From NCBI GenBank assembly GCA_963706295.1, contig CAVPLW010000022.1, positions 46,437 to 110,436 on the forward strand: DNA of 64,000 bases, written 5' to 3'. A program made the position numbers and the translations under genes. The notes beneath the pieces were generated by a model. It was given only the letters and a program-made list of their open reading frames with translations. It ran no database searches and was not told the DNA's origin. Below, in pieces: positions 17,815-27,720 of this stretch. Source of the stretch: an uncultured delta proteobacterium. GTDB lineage: Bacteria > Desulfobacterota > Desulfobacteria > Desulfobacterales > UBA11574. Positions within the stretch are counted from its first letter, which is position 1. Each line of letters opens with the position of its first letter.

Positions 17815-18042
17815 ATGGGAGACAGATTAAACGATTTGTTTCTAAGATTTCAAATAAAAGGCTTTATGCCCATAGAAATTCCGGCACTGGTTAAAGATGT
17901 TCTGGATATCATGGACAGTCGAGAACTTTGCACGATAACAACCATTGACCAGGAACTTGAGGAGTTAGGATGGGGTATAAATATCATGGATAATACAACG
18001 TATGAACTGATCACATCGCTGGCAGAAGGTAATGTATCATGA
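17815..18042 (+). CDS. Hypothetical acidic 75-aa protein
   Basis: Its stop overlaps the next start (ATGA at 18039-18042), implying translational coupling within the cooS operon. I recognise no family. Confidence 0.6.
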   Translation: MGDRLNDLFLRFQIKGFMPIEIPALVKDVLDIMDSRELCTITTIDQELEELGWGINIMDNTTYELITSLAEGNVS

Positions 18043-18404
18043 GAATAGCAATTCCCATCTGGGAGGACAAGATTTCACCGGTTCTGGATACGGCATCTAA
18101 ATTGTTGATTATTGAAGACAAGACTCAAAAAGAATCCTCTCGTTTTAATGCCAATCTGCTTGAACAGGATATGTCTCAAAGATGTTCTTTTATTCGAAAA
18201 CTTGACCTGGATGTTTTGATTTGTGGTGCTGTATCACGCCAATTTTCAGAGATGCTTAAGGCATGCGGCATCAAAATTATATCCGGGATTTCCGGTCCGG
18301 CAGAAGATGTTTTAGACGCTTATCTACAGGGGGCCTTGCTTCATTCAGGGTTTTTCATGCCGGGGAGTAAAAGGAATCATCTTGATCAGGGTAACCAACC
18401 TTAG
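18039..18404 (+). CDS. NifB/NifX-like domain protein (second copy)
   Basis: MRIAIPIWEDKISPVLDTASKLLII...VLICGAVSRQFSEMLKACGIKIISG has the same fold signature as 17256-17729, without the RG tail. Confidence 0.75.
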   Translation: MRIAIPIWEDKISPVLDTASKLLIIEDKTQKESSRFNANLLEQDMSQRCSFIRKLDLDVLICGAVSRQFSEMLKACGIKIISGISGPAEDVLDAYLQGALLHSGFFMPGSKRNHLDQGNQP

Positions 18405-18449
18405 TTTTTAGAAACTCTGAAAAAACGACCACAATAAAAGGAGGAAAAG

Positions 18450-20492
18450 ATGGCGGAAGAAAAAGAAGTAAAGACGGCTAAACCGAAAAAACTTGCTGAT
18501 CCTAGTATGGTTTCCATTGATGCGGCAACCCAGGAAATGGTGGCGCGTGCACAGGAACTTGGTGTTGAAACGATTTTTGACCGGGCTGCAGTCATGAAAG
18601 CTTGTAACATTGGTGTTCAAGGGACTTGCTGTAAAAACTGTTCCATGGGTCCCTGCCGTCTCCCCCTTCCAAAGTCGGGCATTGAAGGTGAAGATACCAG
18701 AAAAGGTCTTTGTGGGGCCACGGCAAATACCATTGCAGCACGTAACTTTATCCGGATGATCGCAGGGGGCGCTGCAGCCCATTCAGATCACGGGCGCTGT
18801 GTGGCCGAAGTTTTTTTGTCTGCAGCCAGAAAGGAATCCGATTCTTACAAGATAAAGGATGTTGACAAGCTCTTACAGATAGCTCCCCACTTGGGTGTTG
18901 AAACCATGGTTGAAGTTGACGGCAAAAAGGTCGATCGGGACCTTGATGAGATCGCTCTCGAAGTGGCTGAAACGGCGTTAAATGAATGGGGCAAACCTGT
19001 GGGTGAACTTCTTTACATGAAGCGGGCACCTGAAGCCCTCTATGAGAAATGGAAGAAAAGCGGCGTTCTTCCCAGAAATATCGACAGGGAAATTGTTGAA
19101 ATCATGCACCGCACCCATATGGGTGTTGATCAGGATTTCAGAAATTTAATAAAGCAGGGCACCCGGGCAGCCCTGGCGGATGGTTGGGGCGGCTCCATGT
19201 TGGCCACCGATCTCCAGGACGTACTTTTCGGAACTCCCTATCCCGTCCAGTCTGAAGCCAATCTCGGTGTCATGAAGGAAGATCATGTAAATATTATTGT
19301 TCACGGCCATGAGCCGGTTCTGTCCGAGGTCATCGTGGCTGTTGCCCAGTCCCGGGAAATGGTCGACTATGCCAAGTCAAAAGGGGCCAAAGGGATTCAG
19401 TTGGGCGGTATCTGCTGTACGGCCAATGAAATATTGCAGCGCCATGGCGTACCCCCGGTAGGAACGTTTTTGCAGCAGGAGCTTGCCATAATTACCGGTG
19501 CCTGTGATGCCATGGTGGTTGATATCCAGTGTATCTTCCAGAATCTTGCTAACGTGGCCAAATGTTTCCACACCAAGCTGATTACCACTCACCCCATTGC
19601 CAAGATGGAGCAAGACAATGTCATTCACATCGAGTTCGACGAGCATCATGCTTTAGAAGATGCCCGGAGGATCGTGAAGATGGCCATTGACAACTTTGAG
19701 AACCGGGTTACGGAAGTGATGATTCCGAAACATAAAGGCGTTCAGGTTGCCGGATTCGGTGTTGAATCCATCGAATACCATCTGGGCGGAACCTTTCGCG
19801 GATCTTACTTTACCTTGAATGATAATATCATCAACGGCCGTATCCGGGGTGTTGCCGGTGTGGTCGGGTGCAACAATGCAAGGACAAAACATAATGAGGG
19901 CCATATTAAAATTGTCAAAGAACTGATCAAAAATGATGTCATTGTCCTAACCACCGGGTGTAACGGTATCGCATGTGCCATGGAAGGGTTGCTGACACCT
20001 GAAACTGCACAGGTTTTCTGTGGACCGGGACTGGCCGAAGTGTGTGAGACCGTGGGTATTCCCCCGGTGCTTCATCTGGGTTCCTGTGTTGACAACAGTC
20101 GGATTCTGCTGGCGGCAACCGAGGTTGTCAAGGCCGGCGGACTCGGAAACGACATCTGTGATCTGCCGGCGGCCGGCAGCGCGCCTGAATGGATGAGTGA
20201 AAAGGCCATAAGCATTGGCCATTATTTTGTTTCATCGGGCGTGTATACCGTCTTTGGCGTTACCCTGCCCACCTCCGGCGCTCCGGTTTTCCATGACTAT
20301 ATTTGCAAGGATCTGGAAAAGATTTATGGCGGTATGTGGGATATTGAAATTGATCCGATCAAACATGCCCAGAAGATGATCGCTCATATTGATAAAAAAC
20401 GTAAAGCTCTGGGCATCGATAGAACTCGGGATAGGGTTCTGATGGATATGGCGGATCGCCGTGAAATGGAGGCTGCATATCAAAAAGCTTAA
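18450..20492 (+). CDS. cooS: Anaerobic Ni-Fe-S carbon monoxide dehydrogenase catalytic subunit
   Basis: 680 aa. The N-terminal cluster motifs (GVQGTCCKNCSMGPCR) and the overall sequence are typical of CooS/hybrid-cluster-related Ni-CODH. Confidence 0.92.
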   Translation: MAEEKEVKTAKPKKLADPSMVSIDAATQEMVARAQELGVETIFDRAAVMKACNIGVQGTCCKNCSMGPCRLPLPKSGIEGEDTRKGLCGATANTIAARNFIRMIAGGAAAHSDHGRCVAEVFLSAARKESDSYKIKDVDKLLQIAPHLGVETMVEVDGKKVDRDLDEIALEVAETALNEWGKPVGELLYMKRAPEALYEKWKKSGVLPRNIDREIVEIMHRTHMGVDQDFRNLIKQGTRAALADGWGGSMLATDLQDVLFGTPYPVQSEANLGVMKEDHVNIIVHGHEPVLSEVIVAVAQSREMVDYAKSKGAKGIQLGGICCTANEILQRHGVPPVGTFLQQELAIITGACDAMVVDIQCIFQNLANVAKCFHTKLITTHPIAKMEQDNVIHIEFDEHHALEDARRIVKMAIDNFENRVTEVMIPKHKGVQVAGFGVESIEYHLGGTFRGSYFTLNDNIINGRIRGVAGVVGCNNARTKHNEGHIKIVKELIKNDVIVLTTGCNGIACAMEGLLTPETAQVFCGPGLAEVCETVGIPPVLHLGSCVDNSRILLAATEVVKAGGLGNDICDLPAAGSAPEWMSEKAISIGHYFVSSGVYTVFGVTLPTSGAPVFHDYICKDLEKIYGGMWDIEIDPIKHAQKMIAHIDKKRKALGIDRTRDRVLMDMADRREMEAAYQKA

Positions 20493-20675
20493 TCCTTTAA
20501 TTTAATGATGAAATTTTGACATGGATAGACTTCAAAAGAAGTCATATCCGAGCAGTTTCAAATCAAAATAAATTTAGAAATACGGATTAAGCTCAAAATT
20601 CGAAAAGGTGAAAATTTAAGTTAGGGGAGAGGAGGTGTATTAATTGACCATAAAGGGCGAAAGGAGGTGATCTTT

Positions 20676-21278
20676 ATGTTGGATGAAACCATATATCCAA
20701 AAATAGATCTTAATACGTATCAGAAAGAAGCAAAACTCAAAGATGGGACAAAAATTCTTCTCCGCCCGATGGTACCGACAGACCAGGAAGCGTTGTATGA
20801 ATTTTTCAAAGCAGTTTCCGAAGAAGAAGCCCAGTATCTGCGTGATGATGTTAAAAGCAGGCTTATTATAGAATCCTGGGCAAAAAATCTTGATTACAGC
20901 AGGACCCTGCCCATTTTAGCGTTAAAGGGCGATCTTATTATCGCAGATGCCACCATCAATCGTCGTCAATCTGGCTGGAAATGGCACCTGGGTACCGTGC
21001 GGATTTTTGTTCACAAGGACTACCGGAATCTTGGTCTTGGGGAGCTTATGGTTGATGAACTCGCGCGTATCGCATACAGGCTTGGAATTGAAAAACTCAT
21101 ATTGGAGATACCTGATACCAACACTGCTGTAATTAATACGTTTACCAAGGCCGGATTTCACCGCGCCGCAGTGATCCCTAACATGGCCAAGGATAGGCAA
21201 AACATGCCTGTTGATCTCGCAGTTATGATGAAAGACATTAAACCGCCCCTTGATGAGAGTTATGAATATGATTTCTAG
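20676..21278 (+). CDS. GNAT-family N-acetyltransferase
   Basis: The acetyl-CoA binding segment VHKDYRNLGLGELMVDEL matches the Q/RxxGxG/A type. ATG 20676 lies 8 nt after AAGGAGG; the track's GTG 20667 sits inside the RBS. Confidence 0.82.
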   Translation: MLDETIYPKIDLNTYQKEAKLKDGTKILLRPMVPTDQEALYEFFKAVSEEEAQYLRDDVKSRLIIESWAKNLDYSRTLPILALKGDLIIADATINRRQSGWKWHLGTVRIFVHKDYRNLGLGELMVDELARIAYRLGIEKLILEIPDTNTAVINTFTKAGFHRAAVIPNMAKDRQNMPVDLAVMMKDIKPPLDESYEYDF

Positions 21279-21709
21279 TGCTGCCCTGGAACAGAGACTA
21301 AAGTTGCGAGTAGAAAACCTTCTACTCCCCTAACAACGTTTATTTAATTTGGCAGATAATTTTAAACGCCAGTCGGCTATGAAATAAATTTCTTAGTCAT
21401 GTATTCGTAAATACGGTAGATTTATAGTGGTGTCGCACGATGTATGCAAAAGTTTAACGTATTCTTAAGTTAAGGTATTCTATCAATTTTATTTGCAATG
21501 GATTCCAAAGCCGCCACATTTTACACAATGGAACTTCAGATGAACAAAAGGAATACACTTGCGCCCCATTCGCCCCTCAATGAGAACCCAAAACGTAACA
21601 TAAATGGCATATTACCTCCATTCGAAACTGAGGGGCGAGATGGGGCCACCTGGGATGAAATGTTGTGGTAAAATTGGAAAAAGTTCATCTATAAAGATCG
21701 GGGGAAAAT

Positions 21710-24013
21710 ATGCCCAACTATGATGAACAATTCCTCACGAGGGTTTTCGACAGTGTTACCGACCCCATGGCCATTTATGACCGTGAATTTAGAATTCTCA
21801 GGGTAAATAAGGCCCTGACGAATCTTTTTAAGATCTCTGCCCAACAAATTATAGGCAAAAATTGTTATGATGTATTTTATAGTCGCACCCAGATTTGCGA
21901 TGAGTGCCATGTTGATGATGTCTTTCATACCGGTGAGAAGCGGATGCTGGAAAAGTTATTTGCACTGCCAGGTGGAAGAAAACTCATTTTTGAAGTGCAC
22001 TCTTATCCAATTAAAGATGCAAAGGGAATTACCATACAAGCGATTGAGCATGCGAGGGACATCAGTCATCGTAAACACCTTGAAGACCAACTCATAACAT
22101 CCAAAGAATTCAACGAAAAGGTTATCAACAGCATAACAGACAGCCTTATAGTAATTGACCCTGTTGCTTACACCATCATCCAGGCCAACGAATCGTTTTA
22201 CTCCCGCGTTGGGAAAAAACATAATGAGACAATAGGCAAAAAATGCTACGAAATTATGCTCGGAAGACAAACATTCTGTGGGGAATCCGGCATCCAGTGT
22301 TCGGTAAAAGAAACCGTACGCTCAAAGTCTCCCGCCATCTCTGACAAAATTTATCCCGATACCGACGGAAAAGACAGGGTGCTTCAAATTGCCACCTATC
22401 CGATCTTTGATGATCAGGGGGAGATCAGCTCGATTATCCGGTTGGAACGAGACGTCACCGAAAAACGAAAAATGGCGGATGCCCTGGCCTTTCGTTCAAA
22501 GGAACTGCAAAGAGCCCAGAATCAACTGGAGCGGTTGTTTAAAATCTCGCGGCAAGTGAACGCGAAAAACGCTTTATCAGAGATCGTCGATTACGCCCAT
22601 GAAGTTGCCCGGGAAATCTTTCCCAACTCTGTCCCTTTGATTTTTCTATTGGATGCCGGAGGCCGGGGTTTTCTGAGTTTGGAAGGCTGCAACCCCACTG
22701 TACTAGAGCCACTTCTGCGAGCGCAACAGGAAATTGAACGATCCGGATTGATTCCGGATTTTATCCAATATCTGCAAAGCACCAGGGAACCTCGTGTTGT
22801 CGGTTCAACGTATAACAATGACATTCCTGATTTTTTAAGGATTATTTCAAAAGATTGTCCCAATTGGTTCGGCTTTCCGATTTCCGCCCCCCAACAATGC
22901 ATTGGATATTTCGTACTGAAATCGCCGATCTCTCATGAATTCTCCCATGAAGATATCCACTTTTTTCTGACGCTGTTCAATCAAATCGCCGGCCATGTTC
23001 GTTATCTGGTTATCCATGAAACCGAAATCAATCACCTCCGGCAAAGGGTTGCCGAACGCACTTCTCATGGCAAAATCATTGGCCAGAGTGACGAGATGCA
23101 AAAGGTCTATAAACTGATCGATCTGGTTTCTGCTTCCGACGCGACCGTATTAATTACCGGCGAAAACGGCACCGGAAAGGAGGTGGTCGCTCAGGCCATC
23201 CACCGCCAGAGTCATCGAAAAGAAGGCGCCTTTGTGGTTGCCAACTGTTCGGCCTATTCGCCGGCCCTGCTGGAAAGCGAACTCTTTGGACACGAGAAAG
23301 GCGCCTTTACAGGCGCCATCAAGAGAAAAATCGGTCGCGTTGAGCGGGCTCAGGGAGGCATACTGTTTTTAGATGAAATCGGTGACATTGCCCCGGCTAC
23401 CCAGGTCCTTTTGCTCAGATTTCTCCAGGACCACTGTTTTGAAAGGGTCGGCGGGGAGGAAACCATGGAGGCCGATGTACGGGTTCTGGCGGCAACCAAC
23501 CGGGATCTGTACAAGGAAGTGGAAGCAGGCCGATTCAGAAACGATCTATATTATCGGCTGAATGTCATTACCCTCCATCTGCCGCCCTTGCGCGACCGCA
23601 AAGAAGACATTCCGCTGCTCTGCAACCATTTTCTTGAAAAATACAGTTTGAAAGAGAACAAGTACGTCAAATCTTTTTCCTCCGGTGCCATGCAAATTTT
23701 GATGGATCACGAATGGCCCGGAAATGTACGCCAGCTGGAAAACGCCGTCAGTCATGCGGTTATCCTTACTCAGGGCCAGTTTATCGAGAGGAAGCATCTG
23801 CCCCAGTTCCTCAAACAATCCGTTCCCGAACCCTCCACCACCTGCCTTGATGAAAATGAGCGACGGCTGATTCTCAATGTGCTTCAAGAGTCCGACTGGA
23901 ACAAACATGAGGCTGCCCGGCGTCTTAAAATTAGCCGCAGCACCCTTTACAGCAAAATCCGTCGCCATTGTATAGAAAAAGGGACGTTTAGCGTATCAGA
24001 TATGGACAGATAG
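21710..24013 (+). CDS. Sigma-54-dependent transcriptional activator (PAS-PAS-GAF-AAA+-Fis HTH)
   Basis: 767 aa. GENGTGKEVVAQAIH, EKGAFTGA and HTH AARRLKISRSTLYSKIRR. Two PAS domains each carry a Cys motif (GKNCYDVFYSRTQICDECH; GKKCYEIMLGRQTFCGESGIQC), followed by a GAF-like segment. Confidence 0.92.
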   Translation: MPNYDEQFLTRVFDSVTDPMAIYDREFRILRVNKALTNLFKISAQQIIGKNCYDVFYSRTQICDECHVDDVFHTGEKRMLEKLFALPGGRKLIFEVHSYPIKDAKGITIQAIEHARDISHRKHLEDQLITSKEFNEKVINSITDSLIVIDPVAYTIIQANESFYSRVGKKHNETIGKKCYEIMLGRQTFCGESGIQCSVKETVRSKSPAISDKIYPDTDGKDRVLQIATYPIFDDQGEISSIIRLERDVTEKRKMADALAFRSKELQRAQNQLERLFKISRQVNAKNALSEIVDYAHEVAREIFPNSVPLIFLLDAGGRGFLSLEGCNPTVLEPLLRAQQEIERSGLIPDFIQYLQSTREPRVVGSTYNNDIPDFLRIISKDCPNWFGFPISAPQQCIGYFVLKSPISHEFSHEDIHFFLTLFNQIAGHVRYLVIHETEINHLRQRVAERTSHGKIIGQSDEMQKVYKLIDLVSASDATVLITGENGTGKEVVAQAIHRQSHRKEGAFVVANCSAYSPALLESELFGHEKGAFTGAIKRKIGRVERAQGGILFLDEIGDIAPATQVLLLRFLQDHCFERVGGEETMEADVRVLAATNRDLYKEVEAGRFRNDLYYRLNVITLHLPPLRDRKEDIPLLCNHFLEKYSLKENKYVKSFSSGAMQILMDHEWPGNVRQLENAVSHAVILTQGQFIERKHLPQFLKQSVPEPSTTCLDENERRLILNVLQESDWNKHEAARRLKISRSTLYSKIRRHCIEKGTFSVSDMDR

Positions 24014-24097
24014 GGTCCTTTTCTGTACAGCCCTTAAATCCTTCACCCATAAGTCACCTAAAGGTTTTAAAGAAAAGTTAGGGTCCGATTCCGTACA
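24011..24097 (+). promoter_or_regulatory. Two 19-bp direct repeats (TAGGGTCCnnTTCnGTACA), candidate activator-binding sites
   Basis: TAGGGTCCTTTTCTGTACA (24011-24029) and TAGGGTCCGATTCCGTACA (24079-24097) are identical at 16 of 19 positions and lie 130-215 bp upstream of the candidate -24/-12 element at 24229. Confidence 0.45.
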
Positions 24098-24228
24098 CTC
24101 ATTTAGGTTTTTCGTTAAGCAGCACCGGATATCCTTCACAACATCTCATTTTTATAAAACGTATAACTAACTGAAAAACCATTAGAATCAGACAAAGAGC
24201 CTTGAATTTTCATCGGTTTTTTCATGCC

Positions 24229-24243
24229 TGGCAGGATTCTTGT
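24229..24243 (+). promoter_or_regulatory. Candidate sigma-54 promoter for the CoA-transferase module (non-canonical -12)
   Basis: TGGCAG-GATTC-TTGT has a correct -24 GG and correct spacing, but the -12 reads GT instead of GC. It is the only -24/-12-like site I found between the activator gene and 24803. It would give a leader of about 550 nt. Confidence 0.4.
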
Positions 24244-24802
24244 AATACACTTCATTAAAGTACCAAAAACGTTTTGGCGTTTTACAGTTTATTTTTGTCC
24301 GATGAAAACATGACCGACCATGCTCTTAATCCCAAAACTCAATTTGATCAGATACATATAAGTCATCCGTCTTTTAAGACGACCGTCTAAAAAGCTTCAC
24401 AGTTGGTACACCATTGAAATAAAGGAGTGATGCTTTACCAAGTGCCTTTATATGAAGCGGTGTTGTTATTGGCCATGACCGTTAATGGGTTTTCGATTAT
24501 TCGTTTACCCGGCCGTTTTCAACATACTGAAATCGAAGAGGGAGTTGAACCGCCTGTATTATTTTTTCTCTAAAAGAGAGAGGCTGGAAAGCCGTTGAGC
24601 CTTGACGGTTTGGTTGGCTCTACTCGGACAACGACCGCTAACATTACAAGAAAGGAGGTGAGAACAACAAAAAGAGACGTCTCCTCCCAACGAACGCTTA
24701 TCTTAAAAAAATTAGTTCTGAGTAGTTAATCGTGTTCGTTGCCATGTTGAAGAGGGGTTTGGATCTAGTCTAAAGCAAAACCAATTGATGGGAGGTTAAA
24801 AT

Positions 24803-26290
24803 ATGGCAGAAATAAGAGATGTGGAAATAAACAGCAGGGAGGACACTCTTCCTCTGATGAGCCCTGAGGTTAGGCCCTGGCCTGTGACGCCGCCGCCGCC
24901 GCGGGAAGAAGTATCCAAAGTGTACGCCAAGCGGAATGCGGCCAAGTTCGGTGAGTGGTGTGAGGACAACCTCAGGTTCGAGTACAGCTTCGGCAAGCCC
25001 GAGGCCCTTCGGGGTCTGAAGGTGCTATGTATGGGGTTGTACAGGATGGGCAACAAGTTTGGCTCATCGTTGTTGGCCGAAGCCGGGGCCGAGGTTATTA
25101 ACATCGAGCCGCCCGAAGGAGATCCTTTGAGAAAACTTACGCCCTTTGGCAGAGAAGAGTTGATGCTCGAGGACAGTGAAACCGGCGAAAAGTGCGGCAT
25201 GGATTTCCTTCACGAGATGAGAAACAAGTACTCCATTACGCTGAATATCGAGACCGACGAAGGCAAGGAGATATACAAAAAGCTGGCTGCTCATGCGGAC
25301 GTACTCATCGAGGAGTATCCGCCGGGCTATATGGATGAGCGGGGACTGGGTTACCGGCAACTGTCCGAGATCAACCCCAAGCTTATTTACTGCTGGATCG
25401 GTGTACGGGGATCATGGGGACCTTACAAGGACACACTTTCCAAATTCGGCCAGTGGACGCTGGAGCCTTTCGGCGGCTGCGCCAATTCTTTTGTACACAA
25501 CACCGGATTTCCCCAGGACCAGCTTCCCAGGGGCAGAGGCGGCGATCCTACCCGTTCCGGTGTTTGGTTTGCCGACTATGTTGCCGGTGAGCAGGGAGCC
25601 TGCAGTATTCTGGCGGCCATTTACTGGCGAAATAAGTTCAGCGGCGAGGGCCAGTTCATCGAGGTTACGGGCGCTGAAACCCAAATGGACATTCTGGATT
25701 TTGACATCGGCTGGTACGGCTTCAACAAGAGTATCAAAGCCAGGACCGGCGGCTGGGACCCCAATTTGAACCAGTACGAGTGGAACCCCTGCAAGGACGG
25801 CTATATGATGATCGGCGGTCAGACCGACCGGCTCTGGTATCGCATCGGCCAGTGCATTGAGCGGGATGATGTTCAGTTCGGCCGGTTGATTCACGAAGAT
25901 CCGTTCCTCAAAGAGATGGGTGCCAGGAACGCACTCCAGGCCCTGATCAAGACCTACACCGTGACCACCCGCTGGCTGCGGGACATGAACCGGGTCGAAG
26001 CTGAAACAAAGCTGCTGGAGTATGAAATTGCGGCCGGGCCGGTTCTGTTCATCGACGAGGTCAGTGAATTCCCCCACTTTGTGTACCGCCCCTGGGTGTA
26101 CACCATAGACAGCGATCAGTACGGGACCGTGATGTATTCGACGTCACCGAACTCATTCGCGTACAGAACGCCGCACCGGGTCAAGTGGATCGGAAGGCCC
26201 TTAGGAAAGGACAACTTTCTCAAGTACTTGCAGTGGCTCGGTCTCGGCCAGAATCAAGTCAGAGAACTCAAGAGTAAGGGGGTGATATAA
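24803..26290 (+). CDS. Family III (CaiB/BaiF-type) CoA-transferase-like protein, large form (495 aa)
   Basis: LKVLCMG...[24 protein letters not shown] is the N-terminal family III signature, [11 protein letters not shown] is the candidate catalytic-Asp region, and the C-terminus ...[17 protein letters not shown] is typical. An N-terminal extension of about 70 aa is present. The RBS is GGGAGG. Confidence 0.85.
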   Translation: MAEIRDVEINSREDTLPLMSPEVRPWPVTPPPPREEVSKVYAKRNAAKFGEWCEDNLRFEYSFGKPEALRGLKVLCMGLYRMGNKFGSSLLAEAGAEVINIEPPEGDPLRKLTPFGREELMLEDSETGEKCGMDFLHEMRNKYSITLNIETDEGKEIYKKLAAHADVLIEEYPPGYMDERGLGYRQLSEINPKLIYCWIGVRGSWGPYKDTLSKFGQWTLEPFGGCANSFVHNTGFPQDQLPRGRGGDPTRSGVWFADYVAGEQGACSILAAIYWRNKFSGEGQFIEVTGAETQMDILDFDIGWYGFNKSIKARTGGWDPNLNQYEWNPCKDGYMMIGGQTDRLWYRIGQCIERDDVQFGRLIHEDPFLKEMGARNALQALIKTYTVTTRWLRDMNRVEAETKLLEYEIAAGPVLFIDEVSEFPHFVYRPWVYTIDSDQYGTVMYSTSPNSFAYRTPHRVKWIGRPLGKDNFLKYLQWLGLGQNQVRELKSKGVI

Positions 26291-27705
26291 TGGCAAAAGA
26301 TTTGAGAGAAACAAGGATAGAGGACCTGCCAGGCCCCAAGAGCAAGGAAGAGCTCGAAGAAATGAAGATGCCTTATGAAGAGTACTGCCGGACGGTCTTT
26401 GATCCGGGCAAGGAACATGAAAAACCCGAGCCTCTAAATGGCATCCGGTGGTTGAGCACCACCATGTATATCTTCACGCCCCATTCCGTCTCCAACCTGG
26501 CTGAGCTGGGGGCTGAAGTCATCAAGGTCGAGATGCCGAGGATGGGCGATCCCATGCGGCATTGTGCTCCGTTCAACGAGACCTATCTGTATCCGCTGCA
26601 CGACAGCCGGCCCATGACCGGTACCGGCCTGGGCTATCTGGGCGCCAATCCCAGCGAGTTCCACATTAGCATGGATTATCATCTGGACGAAATGAAGGAG
26701 GCCTTTTACCGGCTGGTAAAGATGTCCGACGGACTCACCGAATGCTATCGTCCCGGGACCTTTGACAAGTGGAAACAGAGTTATCTGTACCTTCAGGAGA
26801 TGAACCCCAGGTTCATTTACGTATGGGGCGGCGGTTTCGGCTACGGGCCCAAGGTTTTCGGCGGATCCTACGACATTCTGGGACAGGCCCATGCCGGACT
26901 GGCTTCCGTTACCGGTATGCATGACTTTATGGGTGGACACTGCGCCAAGCACTCCAACTGGTGCATTGACTGGTACTCCGGAACCCAGATCACCTTCGGG
27001 ATCCTGGCGGCCATCCACTGGCGCGAAACCACCGGTCTTGGGACCATGATCGAGTTTTCCCAGGTGCAGGCGGCGACCCGATGTCTGGGTTATGCCGCAC
27101 CCATGTACGGCCGGTTCGGTATTGTGCGCCAGCGCTGGGGGAACTGGGATACCCAGCTCTGTGCACACGGTATCATTCTGTGCGGTAAGTCCGACTTTCC
27201 GGATGTTACCAATCCGCAGGACAAGCATGATGCCCGCTATGTCATGGTCTCTGCCTTTCAGGATGAGGATTTTAAAGAACTGTGCGCCATCACCAAAATG
27301 AAAGATCTTTACGACAAATACAAGGCCCATAAGGACAGGGTCGAGGGTGAATCTCAGGTGGAGATTTACGCTGCCCTGGAAAAATGGGCTGAGGACAAAT
27401 CACGGTCGAAAGTGGTAAAAATCTTGCAGGATGCCGGTCTGTTGGCCGAACCGGTGATGAACGACCGGGAGGTCTACGAATGCGAGCACTACAGGGAGAG
27501 GGGTACGCTCCGCTGGCTTGATGATCCCATCTTCGGTGACGTGCTGACCCAGAGCGGGTACTCCTCGGGATTGATGGCCAAGTCACCCAGGAGGCAGAAC
27601 TGGATCTGGCGGCCGGTGGGTGCCGATAATATAAAGATCTACCATGAGTTGCTCGGTTATCCGACTGCCACCGTTAAGGAGTGGTACGATAAGAGCTGGA
27701 TATAA
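26290..27705 (+). CDS. Family III CoA-transferase-like protein, second diverged paralogue (471 aa)
   Basis: [39 protein letters not shown] and the C-terminus [18 protein letters not shown]. The start overlaps the upstream stop (TAATG). Confidence 0.85.
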   Translation: MAKDLRETRIEDLPGPKSKEELEEMKMPYEEYCRTVFDPGKEHEKPEPLNGIRWLSTTMYIFTPHSVSNLAELGAEVIKVEMPRMGDPMRHCAPFNETYLYPLHDSRPMTGTGLGYLGANPSEFHISMDYHLDEMKEAFYRLVKMSDGLTECYRPGTFDKWKQSYLYLQEMNPRFIYVWGGGFGYGPKVFGGSYDILGQAHAGLASVTGMHDFMGGHCAKHSNWCIDWYSGTQITFGILAAIHWRETTGLGTMIEFSQVQAATRCLGYAAPMYGRFGIVRQRWGNWDTQLCAHGIILCGKSDFPDVTNPQDKHDARYVMVSAFQDEDFKELCAITKMKDLYDKYKAHKDRVEGESQVEIYAALEKWAEDKSRSKVVKILQDAGLLAEPVMNDREVYECEHYRERGTLRWLDDPIFGDVLTQSGYSSGLMAKSPRRQNWIWRPVGADNIKIYHELLGYPTATVKEWYDKSWI

Positions 27706-27720
27706 AAGGAGGAGGGTGCC

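Noticed and set aside
20625-20675. An eight-codon mini-ORF (TTG ACC ATA AAG GGC GAA AGG AGG TGA) after a first GGAGAGGAGGTG box, as a leader peptide for the GNAT gene.
   Set aside because: It has a TTG start and is very short. Its stop simply overlaps the GNAT RBS, and nothing else suggests attenuation. It is probably a coincidence of two purine-rich stretches.
21890-21910. The CDECH (CxxCH) pattern in PAS1 of the 21710 activator as a c-type haem attachment site.
   Set aside because: The protein has no signal peptide or TM segment and is a cytoplasmic sigma-54 activator. Covalent haem c attachment requires export. The pattern is more likely part of the shared three-Cys PAS motif.
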